From Alcanivorax sp. (GTDB lineage Bacteria; Pseudomonadota; Gammaproteobacteria; Pseudomonadales; Alcanivoracaceae): 32,000 bases of DNA. The stretch lies in contig JAKUPL010000003.1 in the NCBI GenBank assembly GCA_022449455.1, positions 254,307 through 286,306 of the forward strand, in the 5' to 3' direction. Positions 17,366 to 27,374 of this stretch are shown piece after piece. The notes under the pieces were generated by a model. That model did no database searches. It saw only the letters and a list, made by a program, of their open reading frames with translations, and was not told the DNA's origin. Numbering within the stretch: position 1 is the stretch's first letter; the number at the start of each line of letters is the position of its first letter. Made by a program: the position numbers and the translations under genes.

Positions 17366-18450
17366 GCGCTTTCCCTCTGGCCGGTACCCAGCCGTTCACG
17401 TTGATAGCTTCCATCTTGCACCCGGGCACACCAGTCGTGGTTGTCCAGGTACCATTGCACGGTTTTCTTTAATCCCGTTTCGAAGGTCTCCTGAGGCACC
17501 CAGCCCAGCTCCCGGTCGATCTTGCCGGCGTCGATGGCGTAGCGAAGATCATGGCCGGGGCGGTCCTTCACAAAGGTAATCAGGTCGCGGTAGTGGTTTA
17601 CCGATTCAAGTCTGGCATTGTCACCCGGCGGAACCAGCTCCTGGAGAAGATCGCAAAGCGTGTGCACCACCTCAATGTTCTGCATTTCGTTGTGGCCACC
17701 GATATTGTAGGTCTCTCCCACCGCACCTTCAGTAACCACTTTGTAGAGCGCGCGGGCGTGATCTTCCACGTAGAGCCAATCGCGAATCTGGTTGCCTTTC
17801 CCATAGACCGGCAAAGGCTTGCCTTCCAAGGCGTTGAGGATCATCAGTGGAATCAGCTTTTCGGGGAAATGGTAGGGCCCGTAGTTATTGGAGCAATTCG
17901 TGACCACCACCGGCAAACCGTAGGTGCGGTTCCAGGCCCGCACCAGATGATCGGAGCTGGCTTTGCTGGCCGAGTAAGGGGAACTCGGCGCATAGGAAGT
18001 CAGCTCAGTGAACAGCCCGTCCGGGCCTTCCAGATCGCCATAGACTTCGTCGGTGGAGACATGGTGCAACCGAAAGCGGCTACGCTGTTCATCTTCCAGC
18101 CCGTTCCAATAGTGGCGGCAGACTTCCAGCAGCGTGTAGGTGCCGATGATGTTGGTTTCGATAAAGGCGGCCGGGCCGTCAATGGAGCGGTCCACATGGC
18201 TCTCCGCCGCCAGGTGCATCACCGCATCTGGCTTGTGCTCGCTGAAGACACGTTCCAGCGACGCCCGGTCGCAGATATCAACATGCTCGAATTGGTAGCG
18301 GCCATCCGTGGAGACCGTCGCCAGGGATTCAAGATTGCCGGCATAGGTCAGCTTGTCCACATTGACGACGCTGTTACCGGTATTACCAATAATATGGCGC
18401 ACGACGGCGGAACCGATAAACCCGGCGCCGCCTGTTACTAATAATTTCAT
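17362..18450 (-). CDS. rmlB: dTDP-glucose 4,6-dehydratase
   Basis: 362 aa. Has [14 protein letters not shown], the SDR catalytic [10 protein letters not shown], and the typical RmlB C-terminus. Its stop forms an ATGA overlap with the rmlA start. Confidence 0.93.
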   Translation of the reverse strand: MKLLVTGGAGFIGSAVVRHIIGNTGNSVVNVDKLTYAGNLESLATVSTDGRYQFEHVDICDRASLERVFSEHKPDAVMHLAAESHVDRSIDGPAAFIETNIIGTYTLLEVCRHYWNGLEDEQRSRFRLHHVSTDEVYGDLEGPDGLFTELTSYAPSSPYSASKASSDHLVRAWNRTYGLPVVVTNCSNNYGPYHFPEKLIPLMILNALEGKPLPVYGKGNQIRDWLYVEDHARALYKVVTEGAVGETYNIGGHNEMQNIEVVHTLCDLLQELVPPGDNARLESVNHYRDLITFVKDRPGHDLRYAIDAGKIDRELGWVPQETFETGLKKTVQWYLDNHDWCARVQDGSYQRERLGTGQRESA

Positions 18451-18549
18451 ACCGTAATGCCCATCTTTTCTTCCAATATAAGTATCCCAAACGCCTCAAA
18501 AAAAATTTTCCAACATTATGCGGCTTTCATTAAGCGACAGCATCGATCC

Positions 18550-20556
18550 TTATAATTTAAAATCCAAAGCCTCCATTATTTTGCCAACAACTTTGGCACT
18601 GCCTTTACCGTTAATATGATTATTGTCAGAATATAATGGCATTCCATTCTCAGCAACTACGCAGCGATCAGGAACAATCGAGTCACAGAAGATATTCTCC
18701 GGATAAACTCTTTTAAGTTTTTTGCTATCAGGAATTTGATCCAAAAGCGAATTTGTGACTTTAGCTCTATCTATAAATACTTTATGACTGGTTGACAAAT
18801 CTTTTTGGTCAACTCCTAAGAATTGTATTTCTTTTGCCATATAAATAGGCACATCCCATCCGGCTTCAGGAACAGGATAAACCAACACCACCTGTTTACC
18901 CGCAGCTATCAACTTTTCTACCGTTTGCGCGTAGAGGGCGCCCATTTCCCCATACCTTTCCGGATTCTCGATAAACCTTCTCCCCTTACCAACGGGCAGC
19001 CCATACACTTCTCTGTAGGGCTCTTTCCCACCTTCATGATTGTCGAAAGTTCGACCCATAGTTTTCAAGATATACCTTCCATGGAGCACCACTACTTTGA
19101 TTTCATTACTTTTAACTAAATATTGATAAACTTTATTGTTATATTCAACACAACGATCCAATTTTTCAAAATTATAATAATTCAAAACCGGCAGACAGCT
19201 GCTGTAACTGAACTCCCTGAGACCGTAACCTTTACCATTTAACGCCGCACCCAGTTCATCAGCAATAGTCATGGCATGGCTGTCACCCCAAATAGCGACA
19301 GCGACATTATTATTATCACCATAGACACATGAATCATTCGGCTCTACGAACTTTCCTGGTGTGGAAAAACACTCTGACTTGCGCCGGTTATCATCACCAC
19401 TATATTGAAGAACTTCTAGCGACCTCTTCTCAAAGCGCCCAGGGTACCCATCAAAAAAATTTATCATTAGGCCTATAAAAATCAGGGCCGCTGTGCCTGC
19501 CGCGCCACTTTTGAATATGGACGATCTCCCGTAACGCTTCCTATCACGGAACGGTTGCTCGCAAAAACGCCATGACAGATATGCCACGACAAAAGATACC
19601 AAACATAGCATCAACAAGTTCATATCGGATGGTTCGCTCACACTTCTGATACGTGCAAACGCAATAATCGGCTGGTGCCATAAGTAAGCGCTATAACTAA
19701 TAAGTCCAACAGCAACTAAAGGTTTACAACTTAGAATTTTCCCAATCCAAGTATCAGATCCTGAGCAAGCAATTAGCCCCATCACTCCCAGAACGGGCAA
19801 TAAGGCATACAAACTGGGAAACCGAACACTTCCGTCAAAGATCAGAACACTGGCCGCTATTGCAGCCAAACCCAGGATGGAAATTATTTGTCTCAACCAG
19901 TAACTTCCAACTGTTTTTCCAGCTACAGTGAGGGCCATTATCGCACCAGCCCCCAACTCCCAAGCCCTTGATGGAAGAAGAAAGAAATTTGCAGACACAA
20001 GGGTTCTCGATAGCAATTCCGCCAGTGCCAGGCTTAACAAAGTAAGTATTGCTATCACTGTAACGACAGTGTTTTGCTTGGCTTTACCTATAATCAAAAG
20101 GAGAATTGGAAAAAGCACATAGAATTGCTCTTCCACCGCCAAACTCCATGTATGCAGCAGCGGATTCAGCTCAGCCTCGGTGGCGAAATACCCAGATTCA
20201 TGCCAAAACAATACATTGGAAGAGAAAATCCCAACGGCAGCCATGCCCCGGCCAAACTCTTTGAAATCTTCTGGAAACTGCCATAAATAAGCAAAGAACA
20301 AGGAAACAAAACACATCAAAAAGAGCGCAGGCAATATCCTCCGCGCACGTCTTTCATAGAAATTCACTATAGAGAAGCTTTTCTCTCTTATTTCATCGTA
20401 AATTATTCCCGTTATCAGATATCCGCTGATAACGAAGAATATGTCAACACCGATAAAACCGCCGGAAAAACCTTCAAACCCCGCATGAAAAAAAACGACC
20501 GGAATCACAGCGAGAGCACGCAGCCCATCTATCTCCGGCCTGTATTTAATAGACAC
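18550..20556 (-). CDS. Membrane acyltransferase_3 fused to a C-terminal SGNH domain (OafA/YrhL-like polysaccharide O-acetyltransferase)
   Basis: 668 aa with a GTG start. RPEIDGLRALAVIPVVFFHAG...GVDIFFVISGYLIT is the AT3 signature. It has about 10 TM segments followed by a soluble domain (WGDSHAM). Low GC, with AT-rich flanks on both sides. Confidence 0.85.
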   Translation of the reverse strand: MSIKYRPEIDGLRALAVIPVVFFHAGFEGFSGGFIGVDIFFVISGYLITGIIYDEIREKSFSIVNFYERRARRILPALFLMCFVSLFFAYLWQFPEDFKEFGRGMAAVGIFSSNVLFWHESGYFATEAELNPLLHTWSLAVEEQFYVLFPILLLIIGKAKQNTVVTVIAILTLLSLALAELLSRTLVSANFFLLPSRAWELGAGAIMALTVAGKTVGSYWLRQIISILGLAAIAASVLIFDGSVRFPSLYALLPVLGVMGLIACSGSDTWIGKILSCKPLVAVGLISYSAYLWHQPIIAFARIRSVSEPSDMNLLMLCLVSFVVAYLSWRFCEQPFRDRKRYGRSSIFKSGAAGTAALIFIGLMINFFDGYPGRFEKRSLEVLQYSGDDNRRKSECFSTPGKFVEPNDSCVYGDNNNVAVAIWGDSHAMTIADELGAALNGKGYGLREFSYSSCLPVLNYYNFEKLDRCVEYNNKVYQYLVKSNEIKVVVLHGRYILKTMGRTFDNHEGGKEPYREVYGLPVGKGRRFIENPERYGEMGALYAQTVEKLIAAGKQVVLVYPVPEAGWDVPIYMAKEIQFLGVDQKDLSTSHKVFIDRAKVTNSLLDQIPDSKKLKRVYPENIFCDSIVPDRCVVAENGMPLYSDNNHINGKGSAKVVGKIMEALDFKL

Positions 20557-20677
20557 TTACAAGCACCTTTTAATCCATTTATTTATTTGCGCTAACAACA
20601 GCTTAACCTTACAAATTTTTTAACGCTTCAAAACCTTGTTCAATCTCTGAAGAATATGCTGATCAAAAGCGGATTTC

Positions 20678-22132
20678 TTATCTCTTCCAGGGAACCTCAA
20701 TCTCCACCGCCCTGCCCTTCTCCTCATACCTGCGCCGGAGCGCCCCGGCCAGTGTCCGTTTGGCCTCGCTGTCACCATGCACGATCTTGATCTGTTCCGG
20801 CCAGTGGTCCATGCCGGTGACGAACTCGATCAAGCCGGTCTGGTCGGCGTGGGCGGAGTAGCCGCCGAGGGTTTCGATGCCGGCGCGGATGGTGTGGCGC
20901 TCGCCGTCGAGCTCCACGTAGCCGCCTTGGGGGCCGTGGGTCTGGATGTCGCGGCCGGGGGTGCCGGCGGCCTGGTAGCCAACGAACAGCACGTTGTGGC
21001 GCGGGTCGCTGAGCATCGCCTTGAGGTAGTTGACGATGCGGCCGCCGGTGCACATGCCGCTGGCGGCGATGACGATGGCCGGGCGGCGGCTGTCGGCCAG
21101 GTGGCGGACCATGCGCTGGTGGGCGCTGTGGTCATCCACGGTGAGCCGTTGTTCAAAGGCGAGCGGTTTGCGGCCGGCGGCGATGCGCTCGCGGGCCTCT
21201 TCGGGCCAGAAGCGCTCCAGGTCGCGGTAGACGCGGGTGAAGCGGCTGGCCAGGGGCGAATCCAGGATCACCGGCAGTTGGTTCCAGGGCAGGCCGTCGG
21301 CGGCTTCCTGGTGGCCGCGCCGGTGGATGATCTCTTCGAGCTCATAGAGCAGCTCCTGGGTGCGGCCAATGCTGAAGGCGGGGATCAGAACCGTGCCCTG
21401 GTCTTGCAGGGCGCGCTGGATCACCGCTTCGAGGCGTTGGCGGCGGGTGTCGCGGTGTTCGTGTTGGCGATCGCCGTAGGTGCTTTCGATCACCAGGGTG
21501 TCGCAGTGTTCGGGCGGCTGGGGCGGGTTCAATAGTGGCGCGTGGGGGGCGCCCAGGTCGCCGGAGAAGACGATTCGCTTAGTGTTCAGTTTTCGGTTTT
21601 CAGTGTTCAGTGGGGCGGCGCCTTCGGCGACCGGCCCGGTTACTTCGCATTCTATGTAGGAGGAGCCCAGGATGTGGCCGGCGCGTTGTAGGCGGATGCG
21701 GGCGTTTTGGTGGACGCTGTGCCATTGGTTGTAGGGGATGGCGATCAGGCGTTCGTCGATCAGTTTCAGGTAGTTTTCCACCGCTTCGGTCTGCCGGCTG
21801 AGGCTGAGTTTGAAGGCGTCTTCGAGCACCAGGGGCAGCAACCTGGCGGAGGGCTCGCTGCACAGGATCGGGCCTTTGAAGCCGGCCGCCAGCAACCAGG
21901 GTATGCGGCCCACGTGGTCGATGTGCACGTGGGTCACCAGCAGGGCGCGCACGGTGCTGATGTCGAAGCCGATGGCCAGTTCGTCGGGGCCGCCGCGTGG
22001 GGCGGCGTCGTTGCCTTGGAACAGGCCGCAGTCGATCAGCAGGCTGGCGTCCGGGGTCATGACCAGTTCGTGGCAGGAACCGGTGACGCCGTTGATTGCG
22101 CCGTGGTGGAGAATGGTTTGTTCGGGTTGCAT
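20678..22132 (-). CDS. MBL-fold beta-CASP hydrolase (COG1236-like putative RNA-processing nuclease)
   Basis: 484 aa. Has the HxHxDH motif (VTHVHIDHVGRIP), ESTYGDR, and the C-terminal LGGYSAHADQ and IKIVHGD motifs typical of beta-CASP proteins. High-GC backbone composition. Confidence 0.8.
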   Translation of the reverse strand: MQPEQTILHHGAINGVTGSCHELVMTPDASLLIDCGLFQGNDAAPRGGPDELAIGFDISTVRALLVTHVHIDHVGRIPWLLAAGFKGPILCSEPSARLLPLVLEDAFKLSLSRQTEAVENYLKLIDERLIAIPYNQWHSVHQNARIRLQRAGHILGSSYIECEVTGPVAEGAAPLNTENRKLNTKRIVFSGDLGAPHAPLLNPPQPPEHCDTLVIESTYGDRQHEHRDTRRQRLEAVIQRALQDQGTVLIPAFSIGRTQELLYELEEIIHRRGHQEAADGLPWNQLPVILDSPLASRFTRVYRDLERFWPEEARERIAAGRKPLAFEQRLTVDDHSAHQRMVRHLADSRRPAIVIAASGMCTGGRIVNYLKAMLSDPRHNVLFVGYQAAGTPGRDIQTHGPQGGYVELDGERHTIRAGIETLGGYSAHADQTGLIEFVTGMDHWPEQIKIVHGDSEAKRTLAGALRRRYEEKGRAVEIEVPWKR

Positions 22133-22325
22133 GGTTTGGGACTTCCTTTTCCCGGTTGGTTCGATGTTCAGTTGCGTTGCGTTGGCGCGCAGCGCGCCGG
22201 AGGCGAAGGTCCGGCGAGTTGGCAGCCTGACTTGGTGTTTGGGTGAGGCCTGTCGTTGGCTAGGCGGAATGCCGCCCAGCCTCGCCTACATGAAGATAAA
22301 ACAAAAGCTGAATAAAGCCAGGGCG

Positions 22326-23348
22326 TTAGCCTAGGCTGTCTTTGTACCAGGGCATGGCGACGGCGAGGCCCTGGCCGACGCTGTGGCTGGGGGCGTAGCC
22401 GAGTTTCTGGGCGGCTTTGCCGATGTCGGCCTGGGAGTGGCGCACGTCGCCGGGCCGGAAGTCGGCGTAGCCGGGCTTTTTGTCGTAGCTTACGTCAAGC
22501 GTGGCGAGTTCCCGGGCGATCAGGTCGAACAATTCGTTGAGGCTGGTGCGGGCGTTGCAAGCCACGTTGTAGACCTGATTCTTGCTGTCTTCGGCGGCGG
22601 TGGCGGCGAGCAGGTTGGCTTGCACAGCGTTGTCCACGAAGCAGAAGTCCCGGCTGGTTTCGCCGTCGCCGTTGATGCGCACTGTCTCGCCCTGGATCAT
22701 TGCCGCCGTCCACTTGGGGATCACCGCCGCGTAGGCGCCGTTGGGGTCCTGGCGGGGGCCGAAGACATTGAAGTAGCGCAGGCCGATGGTCTTGAAGCCG
22801 TAGGTGCGGGCGAACACGCCGGCGTATAGCTCGTTGACGTACTTGGTCACGGCGTAGGGCGAGAGCGGGTTGCCGATCTTGTCTTCCACCTTGGGCAGGT
22901 CCGGGTGGTCGCCGTAGGTGGAGCTGGAGGCCGCGTAGGTGAAGCTGTCCACGCCCTCGTCCTTGGCCGCCACCAGCATGTTCAGGAAGCCGTCGATGTT
23001 GGCCTGGTTGGTGGCGATGGGGTCGGCGATGGACCGGGGCACCGAGCCCAGAGCGGCCTGGTGCAGCACGTGGTCGGCGCCGCGTACCGCCAGGCGGCAG
23101 GTGTCCAGGTCGCGGATATCGCCTTCGATAAAGCTGAACCGCTGCCAGGCGCCCTCGCCCACGTTGTCCCGCACCTCATCCAGGTTGTGCTGGTGGCCGG
23201 TGGCGAAGTTGTCCAGGCCGACCACGGTCTGGCCCAGGCCCAGCAGGGTTTCCAGCAGGTTGGAGCCTATAAAGCCGGCCACGCCGGTGATCAGCCAGGT
23301 TTTGGGGTGGGCTTGGAGGTCGGCTTTGACTTGTTCGTATTTGCTCAT
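22326..23348 (-). CDS. wbpP: UDP-GlcNAc/UDP-GlcNAcA C4-epimerase (WbpP/TviC-like SDR)
   Basis: 340 aa. Contains [42 protein letters not shown] plus YAVTKY, matching the WbpP/TviC pattern as I recall it. Confidence 0.85.
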   Translation of the reverse strand: MSKYEQVKADLQAHPKTWLITGVAGFIGSNLLETLLGLGQTVVGLDNFATGHQHNLDEVRDNVGEGAWQRFSFIEGDIRDLDTCRLAVRGADHVLHQAALGSVPRSIADPIATNQANIDGFLNMLVAAKDEGVDSFTYAASSSTYGDHPDLPKVEDKIGNPLSPYAVTKYVNELYAGVFARTYGFKTIGLRYFNVFGPRQDPNGAYAAVIPKWTAAMIQGETVRINGDGETSRDFCFVDNAVQANLLAATAAEDSKNQVYNVACNARTSLNELFDLIARELATLDVSYDKKPGYADFRPGDVRHSQADIGKAAQKLGYAPSHSVGQGLAVAMPWYKDSLG

Positions 23349-23427
23349 ACGGGGATTTGGGCTCCGTTGAGGGGGTATTTTCGCGGTTGAAACCGCTCCT
23401 ACATGAGGGAGGGGTAAGAGCGAGGAG

Positions 23428-24696
23428 TTAGAGGCGGAGGTCCACCGCTTCCTTGGGCAGGATGTATTTCAGGTCGTAGAGTACGTGGTCGTCGCGGCCC
23501 AGGCGGCGGATGGCGTCGGCGCCCATGTCCTTGAACTGCCGGTGGCCCACCGCCAGCACGATGCCGTCGTAGTCGCCGTCCCGGGGGGCCTCGATGGGCT
23601 GGATGCCGTATTCGTGGTGGGCTTCGTCCGGGTTGATCCAGGGGTCGTAGACGTCCACGCGCACGTTGTATTCCGCCAGCTCCTTGACCACGTCCACCAC
23701 CCGGGTGTTGCGCAGGTCCGGGCAGTTTTCCTTGAAGGTCAGGCCCATCACCAGCACGCGGGCGCCGTTTACCTGGATGCAGCGGGCCAGCAGGGCCTTG
23801 ACCAGCTGGCTGGCCACGTAGCGGCCCATGCCGTCGTTGATACGCCGGCCGGAGAGGATCACCTGGGGGTGGTAGCCGATGGCCTCGGCCTTGTGGGTCA
23901 GATAATAGGGGTCCACGCCGATGCAGTGGCCGCCCACCAGGCCGGGCCGGAACGGCAGGAAATTCCATTTGGTGCCGGCGGCTTCCAGGACTTCCTGGGT
24001 GTCGATGTCCAGGCGGTTGAAGATCATCGACAGCTCGTTGATCAGGGCGATGTTCAGGTCGCGCTGGGTGTTCTCAATGACCTTGGCCGCTTCCGCCACC
24101 TTGATGGACGAGGCCTTGTGGGTGCCGGCGGTGACGATGGAGGCGTACAGGTCGTTGACGATGTCCGCCACTTCCGGGGTGGAGCCGGCGGTCACCTTTT
24201 TGATGGTGGTGACGCGGTGTTCCTTGTCGCCCGGGTTGATGCGCTCCGGGCTGTAGCCGGCGAAGAAGTCCTGGTTGAAGGTCAGGCCGGAGACCCGCTC
24301 CAGCACCGGCACGCAGTCTTCCTCGGTGGCGCCGGGGTAGACGGTGGACTCGTAGACCACGATGTCGCCTTTTTTCAGGGTCTTGCCGATGGTCTCGGAG
24401 GCGCGGATCAGAGGCGTCAGGTCCGGCTGGCGGTGCCCGTCGATGGGGGTGGGCACGGTGACGATGTAGACGTTGCAGTCCTTCAGGGCGTCGGTGTCGG
24501 CGCTGAAGGTCAGGCCGCCCGCTTCCGCCAGCTCCTCGTCGGACACTTCCAGGGTGCTGTCGTGGCCGTCCTGCAGGGCACGGATGCGCCGGGTGTTGAT
24601 GTCGAACCCCACCACCGGGCGGTGTTTACCGAATTCCACGGCCAGGGGCAGGCCAACGTAGCCGAGGCCGACCACGGCCAGTTTGAGGTTGTCCAT
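23428..24696 (-). CDS. wbpO: UDP-N-acetylhexosamine 6-dehydrogenase (TviB/WbpO/CapL-like)
   Basis: 422 aa. Contains [46 protein letters not shown] and the catalytic-region [12 protein letters not shown]. Confidence 0.85.
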   Translation of the reverse strand: MDNLKLAVVGLGYVGLPLAVEFGKHRPVVGFDINTRRIRALQDGHDSTLEVSDEELAEAGGLTFSADTDALKDCNVYIVTVPTPIDGHRQPDLTPLIRASETIGKTLKKGDIVVYESTVYPGATEEDCVPVLERVSGLTFNQDFFAGYSPERINPGDKEHRVTTIKKVTAGSTPEVADIVNDLYASIVTAGTHKASSIKVAEAAKVIENTQRDLNIALINELSMIFNRLDIDTQEVLEAAGTKWNFLPFRPGLVGGHCIGVDPYYLTHKAEAIGYHPQVILSGRRINDGMGRYVASQLVKALLARCIQVNGARVLVMGLTFKENCPDLRNTRVVDVVKELAEYNVRVDVYDPWINPDEAHHEYGIQPIEAPRDGDYDGIVLAVGHRQFKDMGADAIRRLGRDDHVLYDLKYILPKEAVDLRL

Positions 24697-24713
24697 GCGG
24701 GGCTTCCTTGAGG

Positions 24714-26924
24714 TTAATCCTTGCTGTCGTACTTGTAGGCGTAGTAGCCGTATTCGTTGGAGGCGCGGCGTTCGATGCAGTTGAGGATCACGCCCTTGAT
24801 CTCCACCTTGTTCTGGTCGAAGCGGTTGATGGATACATCCACTTCCTTCACCGAGTTCTGCCCGAAGCGGGCCACCAGCAGGCTGGTGCCGGCCAGTTGG
24901 CCGATGATTGAGGCGTCGGTCACCGCCAGCACCGGCGGGGTGTCCACCAGCACCAGGTCGTAGCGCTCGGATAGATCTTCCATAAGCTGCTTGAAGCGCG
25001 GGTGCATCAGCAGCTCGGAAGGGTTGGGCGGCACCTGTCCCCGGGGCAGGAAATCCAGGTTCTCGATGTCGGTGCCCGCCATCACCGCGTCCAGGTCGGC
25101 CTGGCCGGACAGGATCGTGGACAGCCCCTGCTGGCCGTTGAGGCCGAAGTAGCGGTGCAGATGGCCCTTGCGCATGTCCGCGTCCACCACCGCCACCTTC
25201 TGGCCCACCTGGGCCAGCACCGTGGCCAGGTTGGCGGTGATAAAGGACTTGCCCACTTCCGGGCTGGGGCCGGAGATCATCAGCACCTTGTTGCTGGCTT
25301 CCATGGTGGCGAAATGCAGGCTGGTGCGCAGGCTACGCAGCGCCTCCACCGCCAGATCGCCGGGGTCGTTCACCGCCAGCAGCGGCACCGGGTCGCCGTG
25401 GGCGCGGCGTTTGCGGCGGCGCAGCATGTCGGCGATGCGGTCGCGGCGGGCCTGCTCCTCGGACAGGGGCACGGCGGCGTACACCGGAATGCCCAGTTCC
25501 TCCAGTTCGTCCGGGGACTCGATGCCCCGGCGCAGCAGGCCGGCGGCCAGCACGTAGCCGGCGGTCAGCAGCAAGCCCAGGGCGGTACAGAGCGCCAGGA
25601 TCAGCCCTTTTTTCGGCGCCACCGGCGACGGGTAGACCACGGCGTCGTCGATGATGCGCACATTGCCCACGGTGCTGGCCTTGAGAATGCGCAGCTCCTG
25701 AGCCCGGTTGAGCAGGCTCACATAGAGCTGCTGGTCCACTTCCACGTCGCGCATCAGACGCAGGATTTCCTGCTGGGTCTCGGGCAACTCGCCGATCTGA
25801 TCGTTGATCTGCGCTTTCTGGGCTTCCAGGGAGCGGCGCTGCTCCAGCAGGGTGCGGTAGGCCGGGTGCTCCCGGGTGTAGCGGGCGGCCACCTCGCTTT
25901 CCTTGATCTTCAGATCGTTGAGCTTGGCGTCCATCTGCACCAGCCGGCCGAGCAGGGACTGGGTCTCCATGTTGATGTCCACGGAGTCGCTGCTGGCCCG
26001 ATAGGCGTTCAGCTTTTCCTCGGCCTCATTGAGCGTCTCGCGCACCTCGGGGAGCTGCTCGTTCAGGAATTCCAGGCTGTTCTCCGCCTCCGCCGCCTGA
26101 CGCTTCACGTTCTGCATCAGGTAAGCCTGGCTGATGGCGTCCAGGATGGCGCGGGCGCGGGCCGGGTCCGGGCCGGTCAGGCTGACGTTGAGCATGCCGG
26201 TGTCGCGGCCCTGCTCTTCCACGGTCAGACTGCCGCGGATGCCGTTGACGGCGGACAGCATGGACAGGCGCGCCAGGTTGAAGGTCTCGCCGGCGGGCTC
26301 CCAGGTGGCCAGTCGCAGCACCACCTGGCCGTTCTCGCCGGTGAGCGGCTGGTCGGCGGGGCCGCTGGCGATCATGCGGTCGCCCAGGTACAGGGCCGGC
26401 TGGCCGCCGTCACCGGGGCGCAGCTGGAAGGTCTGGCCCCGGTACGCCTCCGGCACCTGGAACTCCGCCACCACCACGGTGGCGTCGCCGTCGCGGACGC
26501 TGGCGGGCACCGCCCCGCCGGCGTCGTCCACCACACCGGGCGCGAACTGAAAGCGGCCGATCAGCGGCAGGGGGTCCGGAGTGATGCGGGTGTCCAGGCG
26601 CAACTGGTCCACCACCTCGCCCAGCACCATGCGCGAGCGGAGAATGGCGATTTCCGCCGCCGTGGGGGATTCGGCGCCGCCCAGGGCCCGGTCAAGCTGA
26701 TCCAGGCCGAGCATGCCGCCCTGCTTCTTTTCGATCTGCAGCAGGGCCTCCGCCTGGTAAATCGGCACCGCGCACTGCACATAGGCGAACCCCAGCAGGA
26801 AGGCCAGCAGTGCCGCCCCCAGGATCAGCCAGCGGCCATCCACCAGCAGCGCCCACAGCCGCTGCAGATCGACTTCATCATCCCTGGTGGCCGGGCGTCC
26901 CCGAGAAGCGTGCTGGTCAGTCAT
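24714..26924 (-). CDS. wzc: Polysaccharide co-polymerase / tyrosine autokinase (PCP-2a, Wzc)
   Basis: 736 aa. Has two TM segments flanking a large coiled periplasmic domain, Walker A ([11 protein letters not shown]), [14 protein letters not shown], and a Tyr-rich tail ([14 protein letters not shown]). Confidence 0.9.
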   Translation of the reverse strand: MTDQHASRGRPATRDDEVDLQRLWALLVDGRWLILGAALLAFLLGFAYVQCAVPIYQAEALLQIEKKQGGMLGLDQLDRALGGAESPTAAEIAILRSRMVLGEVVDQLRLDTRITPDPLPLIGRFQFAPGVVDDAGGAVPASVRDGDATVVVAEFQVPEAYRGQTFQLRPGDGGQPALYLGDRMIASGPADQPLTGENGQVVLRLATWEPAGETFNLARLSMLSAVNGIRGSLTVEEQGRDTGMLNVSLTGPDPARARAILDAISQAYLMQNVKRQAAEAENSLEFLNEQLPEVRETLNEAEEKLNAYRASSDSVDINMETQSLLGRLVQMDAKLNDLKIKESEVAARYTREHPAYRTLLEQRRSLEAQKAQINDQIGELPETQQEILRLMRDVEVDQQLYVSLLNRAQELRILKASTVGNVRIIDDAVVYPSPVAPKKGLILALCTALGLLLTAGYVLAAGLLRRGIESPDELEELGIPVYAAVPLSEEQARRDRIADMLRRRKRRAHGDPVPLLAVNDPGDLAVEALRSLRTSLHFATMEASNKVLMISGPSPEVGKSFITANLATVLAQVGQKVAVVDADMRKGHLHRYFGLNGQQGLSTILSGQADLDAVMAGTDIENLDFLPRGQVPPNPSELLMHPRFKQLMEDLSERYDLVLVDTPPVLAVTDASIIGQLAGTSLLVARFGQNSVKEVDVSINRFDQNKVEIKGVILNCIERRASNEYGYYAYKYDSKD

Positions 26925-26942
26925 TCCTGCGTTTTCCTTTTT

Positions 26943-27374
26943 CTAGAGTTTGGCGGCCCAGGCGGCCACCGCGTCGCGGATCATGGGATAGATGCGTTCG
27001 TGCACCTCCCGGGACTGGCGGAACGGGTCGGGAATGTCGTGGCCGCCGATCCAGTGGGTGAGCAGCATGGTCTTGCCGCTGGCTTCCGGGAAGCGCTGGA
27101 TAATGCGCTCGCGCTGGCGGCCTTCCATCACCAGGATCAGGTCTGCCTGGCGGCACAGCTCACCGCTGAGTTTGCGGGCCCGGTGCCGGTCGCCGCCTTG
27201 CAGGCCTTGGGCCTCGGCCACCGCCAGAGCGGTGGCGTCCATGCCGTGGCCCTCCAGGCCCACCAGGCCGGCGGAGGTGACCTCCACCCCGGGCTTGTGC
27301 TCGGCCAGCAGGCCGGCGGCGGTGGGACTGCGGCAGACATTGCCGTCGCAGACCATCAATACACGCTCGAACAC
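26943..27374 (-). CDS. wzb: Low-molecular-weight protein-tyrosine phosphatase (Wzb)
   Basis: 143 aa. Has the CX5R(S) P-loop VLMVCDGNVCRSPTAAG and a downstream DPF motif. Confidence 0.9.
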   Translation of the reverse strand: MFERVLMVCDGNVCRSPTAAGLLAEHKPGVEVTSAGLVGLEGHGMDATALAVAEAQGLQGGDRHRARKLSGELCRQADLILVMEGRQRERIIQRFPEASGKTMLLTHWIGGHDIPDPFRQSREVHERIYPMIRDAVAAWAAKL

